Assembly: GCA_046583355.1 (NCBI GenBank)
Contig: JAYGCM010000025.1
Span: 1-64,000, forward strand
DNA: 64,000 bases
Origin: Deltaproteobacteria bacterium
GTDB lineage: Bacteria; Desulfobacterota; Binatia; UBA12015
Direction: 5' to 3'
The notes under the pieces were generated by a model. That model was given only the letters and a program-made list of their open reading frames with translations. It was not told where the DNA came from and searched no databases. This document shows positions 60,571-64,000 of the stretch, one piece after another (positions within the stretch are counted from its first letter, which is position 1; each line of letters opens with the position of its first letter). A program made the position numbers and the translations under genes.

Positions 60571-61740
60571 TCAGTTCACGCGCTCGAGGATGCTGGCGTA
60601 ATTTGCCACAGCGGCACCGCCCATATTGAAGACGCCCGCGAGATTCGCATTCTGTACTTGCAGAGCGCCGGCGTCGCCGCAGAGCTGCATGGCGGCCATG
60701 ATATGCATGGAGACGCCGGTGGCGCCGATTGGATGGCCCTTGGCCTTCAGGCCACCGGAGGGGTTGATCGGCAGGTGGCCGCCGATTTCGGTTTGTCCCT
60801 CTGCGATGAGCGCGCCTGCCTGGCCGGGTGCCGCCAGCCCCATGGCTTCCATTTCGATCAGCTCGGCGATGGTGAAGCAGTCGTGGGTCTCGACCAGCGA
60901 GAGGTCGTCGATCGTGGTGCCGGCCGCGGCGTGGGCCTGGGACCAGGCTTCGCGGCAGCCCTCGAAGAGGATGATGTCGCGGCGGCTCATGGGGAGAAAA
61001 TCCTGTACATGGACGGCCGCGCGGAAGCCGACTTGCCGGCTTTTGCCGGCGGCGGCCGCGGGTGATTGCAGCACGAGGGCGGCGGCACCGTCGGAGACCG
61101 GCGAGCAATCGGTTCGTTTCAGCGGACCGGCGACGAATGGATTTTTATCCGACGGGTTCAGGCAAAACTCGTAGGGCAGTTCTTTGCGGAAATGCGCCAG
61201 GGGATTCTTTGCGCCGTTCTTGTGGCCCTTGGTCGCGATACGCGCGAGAGCCTCGGTCTGGTCACCGAAGCGCTCGAAGTACATCGACGCGATCCGGCCG
61301 AAGACACCTGCAAAACCTCCGGGGATATCGGCCTCTTCCTTCACGTAGCTGGCGCGCAGCAGAATCTCGCCCACTTCGCGGCCTGAGACGCCCGACATCT
61401 TCTCGAAGCCGACGACCAGGACGGTCTCGGCACTGCCCGCGGCGATCGCCTGCAGGCCCTGATGGACGGCGGCCGATCCGGTCGCACATGCATTCTCGAC
61501 CCGCGTGGTCGGCTTGAAGCGTAAATCCGGGTCGGCCTGCAGGACCAGGGAGCTGGGAAAACCCTGTGGGCTGAAGCCCTCGTTGAACTGGCCGACGTAA
61601 ATTGCGTCGACCTCGGCCGCACCAATCCCCGCGTCGGCGAGCGCGCCGCGCACCGCTTGCACGGCGAGTTCTTCGACATCTTCTTCGTGCTTGCCGAAAG
61701 GTAAATGGTGCCAACCGACGATTCGTCCGGAGAAATCCAT
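60571..61740 (-). CDS. Thiolase (SCP2-thiolase-like acetyl-CoA acyltransferase)
   Basis: ENACATGS, DCSPVSDGAAA, ETHDCF, KGHPIGATG. Confidence 0.92.
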   Translation of the reverse strand: MDFSGRIVGWHHLPFGKHEEDVEELAVQAVRGALADAGIGAAEVDAIYVGQFNEGFSPQGFPSSLVLQADPDLRFKPTTRVENACATGSAAVHQGLQAIAAGSAETVLVVGFEKMSGVSGREVGEILLRASYVKEEADIPGGFAGVFGRIASMYFERFGDQTEALARIATKGHKNGAKNPLAHFRKELPYEFCLNPSDKNPFVAGPLKRTDCSPVSDGAAALVLQSPAAAAGKSRQVGFRAAVHVQDFLPMSRRDIILFEGCREAWSQAHAAAGTTIDDLSLVETHDCFTIAELIEMEAMGLAAPGQAGALIAEGQTEIGGHLPINPSGGLKAKGHPIGATGVSMHIMAAMQLCGDAGALQVQNANLAGVFNMGGAAVANYASILERVN

Positions 61741-61794
61741 GTCCGAGCTTAGGCCAGGCCACCGCTACCTTCCAGCCGCGTGCGCGCGCGGGGT

Positions 61795-62655
61795 TCAGGC
61801 GGCAGCTACGATGCGTGCGCCGGATGCAATGCGGCGCGCCTCCTCGGCCAGCGCACCGATGCGCTCGTCGAGAAGATGATTGGCGATGGTGGCGGCGTCG
61901 CCGATGCGGGCGAGTTCGCCGGCCGTAGCGGGCTCACCGAAGACCCAGCGGATCGGCGGCGCCTCGGCACCCAGCCGGGGACTCAATTTGCGCCGAACTT
62001 CGAGTGCGAAATCGTTGGAGAGTCCCTGCATGAATAGGGGAACGATCAAGGTCTCGGGGTGGGCCTGCTGGATCATCTGACCGATGCCGGGGCGCGCCGG
62101 GAGCAGGGAGTAGGGGTCGTCATTCTTGTTGCGCGCGCCTTCGGGGTGCATGCCGACGCAGGTGCCGGGTTCTTCGAGAGCTTCGAGGATCTGGCGGATG
62201 CCGATCGGGTTCAAGGCACTACGGCGCTCGTCACGAAAGACCGGTGGCCACATCGAGAAGCCGGAGAAGAGTCCGCAGACCACCGGGCCGAGAGGGTTGG
62301 TGTAGAAGAAGGGCGCGCGCACCGGGAAGAGGAGATTGCGGTACATGCCATGCTCGATGAAGAGCACCGAGAGGGTCACGAACATATCGAAAAGCGAGCG
62401 GTGGTTCGCGACCAGGATCGTTCCGCGCTTCGGTGTGACTGCTTGGACGCGCTCCAGGTGGTGTAATTCCCAGCGATATTTTGTGACCCAGCGCACGAAG
62501 GGGCCGGCCACTCCCCTCTGCCATGCAGCGACCTGCTTGCGTCCTGCGGGCGTCTGATTCATCGCTTCATTCAGGCGCACCAAGGGGCCTTCGAGCCCGT
62601 GCAAAGCCTCCTGCGGCATGCGCGTACGTGCCTGATTTTTATTTCGCTCTGCCAT
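61795..62655 (-). CDS. Lysophospholipid (PlsC-like) acyltransferase
   Basis: NHRSLFD (HX4D), HPEGAR, IVPL, FGEP. Confidence 0.88.
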   Translation of the reverse strand: MAERNKNQARTRMPQEALHGLEGPLVRLNEAMNQTPAGRKQVAAWQRGVAGPFVRWVTKYRWELHHLERVQAVTPKRGTILVANHRSLFDMFVTLSVLFIEHGMYRNLLFPVRAPFFYTNPLGPVVCGLFSGFSMWPPVFRDERRSALNPIGIRQILEALEEPGTCVGMHPEGARNKNDDPYSLLPARPGIGQMIQQAHPETLIVPLFMQGLSNDFALEVRRKLSPRLGAEAPPIRWVFGEPATAGELARIGDAATIANHLLDERIGALAEEARRIASGARIVAAA

Positions 62656-62768
62656 GAGATCCCGCCGCTTGTCTGCCCTGCCTATACCGAGCGAGAACGC
62701 GCCCGAAAAGCCGCCCGGCCAGGAACCACGAAGCTGGCGTTTCCTGCGGACGGAGCCTAAGCCCGGGG

Positions 62769-63659
62769 ATGGCTGTCTCGAAGGAATACGAAGACCTGCT
62801 GGCTCTACTTGAGCCGGGGCTCGCGAACCCGGCCGATTCTGTGGCGGAGGTTCGTGCGAAGATGGCGGCGCTGCACGGCCACCCGGTCGGTGAAGATATG
62901 GTCATCGAGGGGGTAGACCTACTCGGTGTGCCGGCGGCGAAGATCGCCACGCCGGAAGCGCTCGCCTCCGATACGCTGGTGCTGCAATTCCACGGGGGCG
63001 CCTTCGTTTCCTGCGATCTCTCGGATTATCTATTCTACGGAGAGAAAATCAGCCGGGCCTGTGCGCGACCGGTACTCGAGATCGGCTATCGTCTGGCGCC
63101 GGAATATCCGTGTCCGGCGCCGGTCAAGGATTGCGCGCAGGCATACCGCGGCCTGCTATCGCACGGGATCGACCCTGCGAAAATCGCGTTGATCGGCGAC
63201 TCCTGCGGCGGTGGTCTGGTGGTCGCAACTTTGGTGATGCTGCGCGATGCCGGCGAGCCTCTGCCGGCTTGCGCCGTGACTCTGAGCGGCTGGTTCGATC
63301 TCGAAGCGACGGGCGAGGCCGCCGTCCATCCGGTCGGCAAGGACCCCTTCCTCGACGCGGCCTGGCTGCGCGCCCGCGGCCGCGACTATGTCGGCCCGGA
63401 CGGCGACCTTCGGGCACCGCTGGCCTCGCCTCTCTATGCGGACCTGCACGGGCTACCACCGCTTTTGCTTCAGGCCGGCAGTATCGATCGAACTCGCGAC
63501 GATTCCGTTCGGCTTGCCGAACGCGCGCGCGCGGCCGGTGTGACGGTCGAACTTGAGATCAGCGAAGATATGATTCACGGATGGCATGGCCTGCCGGTGC
63601 CGGAGGCGGACGCAGCACTCGAGCGTGTGGCCGACTTCCTCGCAAAATATTTGGACTGA
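62769..63659 (+). CDS. HSL-family alpha/beta hydrolase (esterase)
   Basis: HGGAF, YRLAPE, GDSCGG, SPLYADL.GLPP, HGW. Confidence 0.92.
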   Translation: MAVSKEYEDLLALLEPGLANPADSVAEVRAKMAALHGHPVGEDMVIEGVDLLGVPAAKIATPEALASDTLVLQFHGGAFVSCDLSDYLFYGEKISRACARPVLEIGYRLAPEYPCPAPVKDCAQAYRGLLSHGIDPAKIALIGDSCGGGLVVATLVMLRDAGEPLPACAVTLSGWFDLEATGEAAVHPVGKDPFLDAAWLRARGRDYVGPDGDLRAPLASPLYADLHGLPPLLLQAGSIDRTRDDSVRLAERARAAGVTVELEISEDMIHGWHGLPVPEADAALERVADFLAKYLD

Positions 63660-63765
63660 AGGGCACGGGCCTTGCGGCTGGCGATACCGTCGGCCGGGAC
63701 GGTAGAGCAAGCGCAGAGCACGCACCGGGCCTCGGTCGTAGCGGAAGATGAATCAAGGAGAAATC

Positions 63766-64000
63766 ATGGCGATTCGCGAAGAAGAAGTGACGTACCGGGC
63801 GGGCGATACCACGCTCAAAGGATTCTTGGCGCTCCCCGAGGGCGCTGGGCCGCATCCGGCCGTATTGGTGGTGCATGAGTGGTGGGGGCTGACGGATTAT
63901 ATCCGTGGCCGAGCGCGCCAGATGGCCGAGCTTGGCTACGTCGGCTTGGCGGTCGATATGTACGGCGCCGGGCAGGTTGCCGACGATCCGTCGGCGGCTG
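63766..64000 (+). CDS. Dienelactone hydrolase family protein, 3' truncated
   Basis: Manual translation: MAIREEEVTY...PAVLVVHEWWGLTDY...GYVGLAVDMYG; AAGGAG RBS. Confidence 0.9.
   Translation, partial: MAIREEEVTYRAGDTTLKGFLALPEGAGPHPAVLVVHEWWGLTDYIRGRARQMAELGYVGLAVDMYGAGQVADDPSAA

Overview
GC-rich bacterial chromosomal segment with about 53 tightly packed CDSs. The gene content suggests a diderm deltaproteobacteria-like lineage, possibly Ca. Binatia or Myxococcota-related (inference only). I saw no rRNA, tRNA, CRISPR array, integrase or transposase. Housekeeping genes: ftsK (5' truncated), lolA, yajQ, dksA, folE, serA, purA, fabI, thiD, aguB, aguA, an EfpL-type EF-P, a SNF2 helicase, clcA and an rluA-family gene. 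The right third is rich in lipid, CoA and C1 enzymes: malonyl-CoA decarboxylase, PaaI, HAL2-type PAP phosphatase, SMUG1, F420-LLM, YhhN, SCP2, two GcvT-family demethylases, a thiolase, an acyltransferase and esterases. Strongest leads: (1) a coupled five-gene operon (ABC-2 ATPase, MlaC-like shuttle, ABC-2 permease, TolC, GT2-like) with no membrane-fusion protein, a candidate undescribed lipid or glycolipid export system; (2) a homoserine-kinase-like protein with all three catalytic motif residues altered, upstream of folE and behind a leader with alternative hairpins; (3) a ~2500-aa secreted protein of seven tandem beta-helix modules, coupled to a very basic small secreted protein and preceded by a highly structured region and a candidate uORF; (4) an NYN RNase with two LOTUS domains and a histone-H1-like tail. 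All family calls come from motif recognition by eye, with no database searches run.
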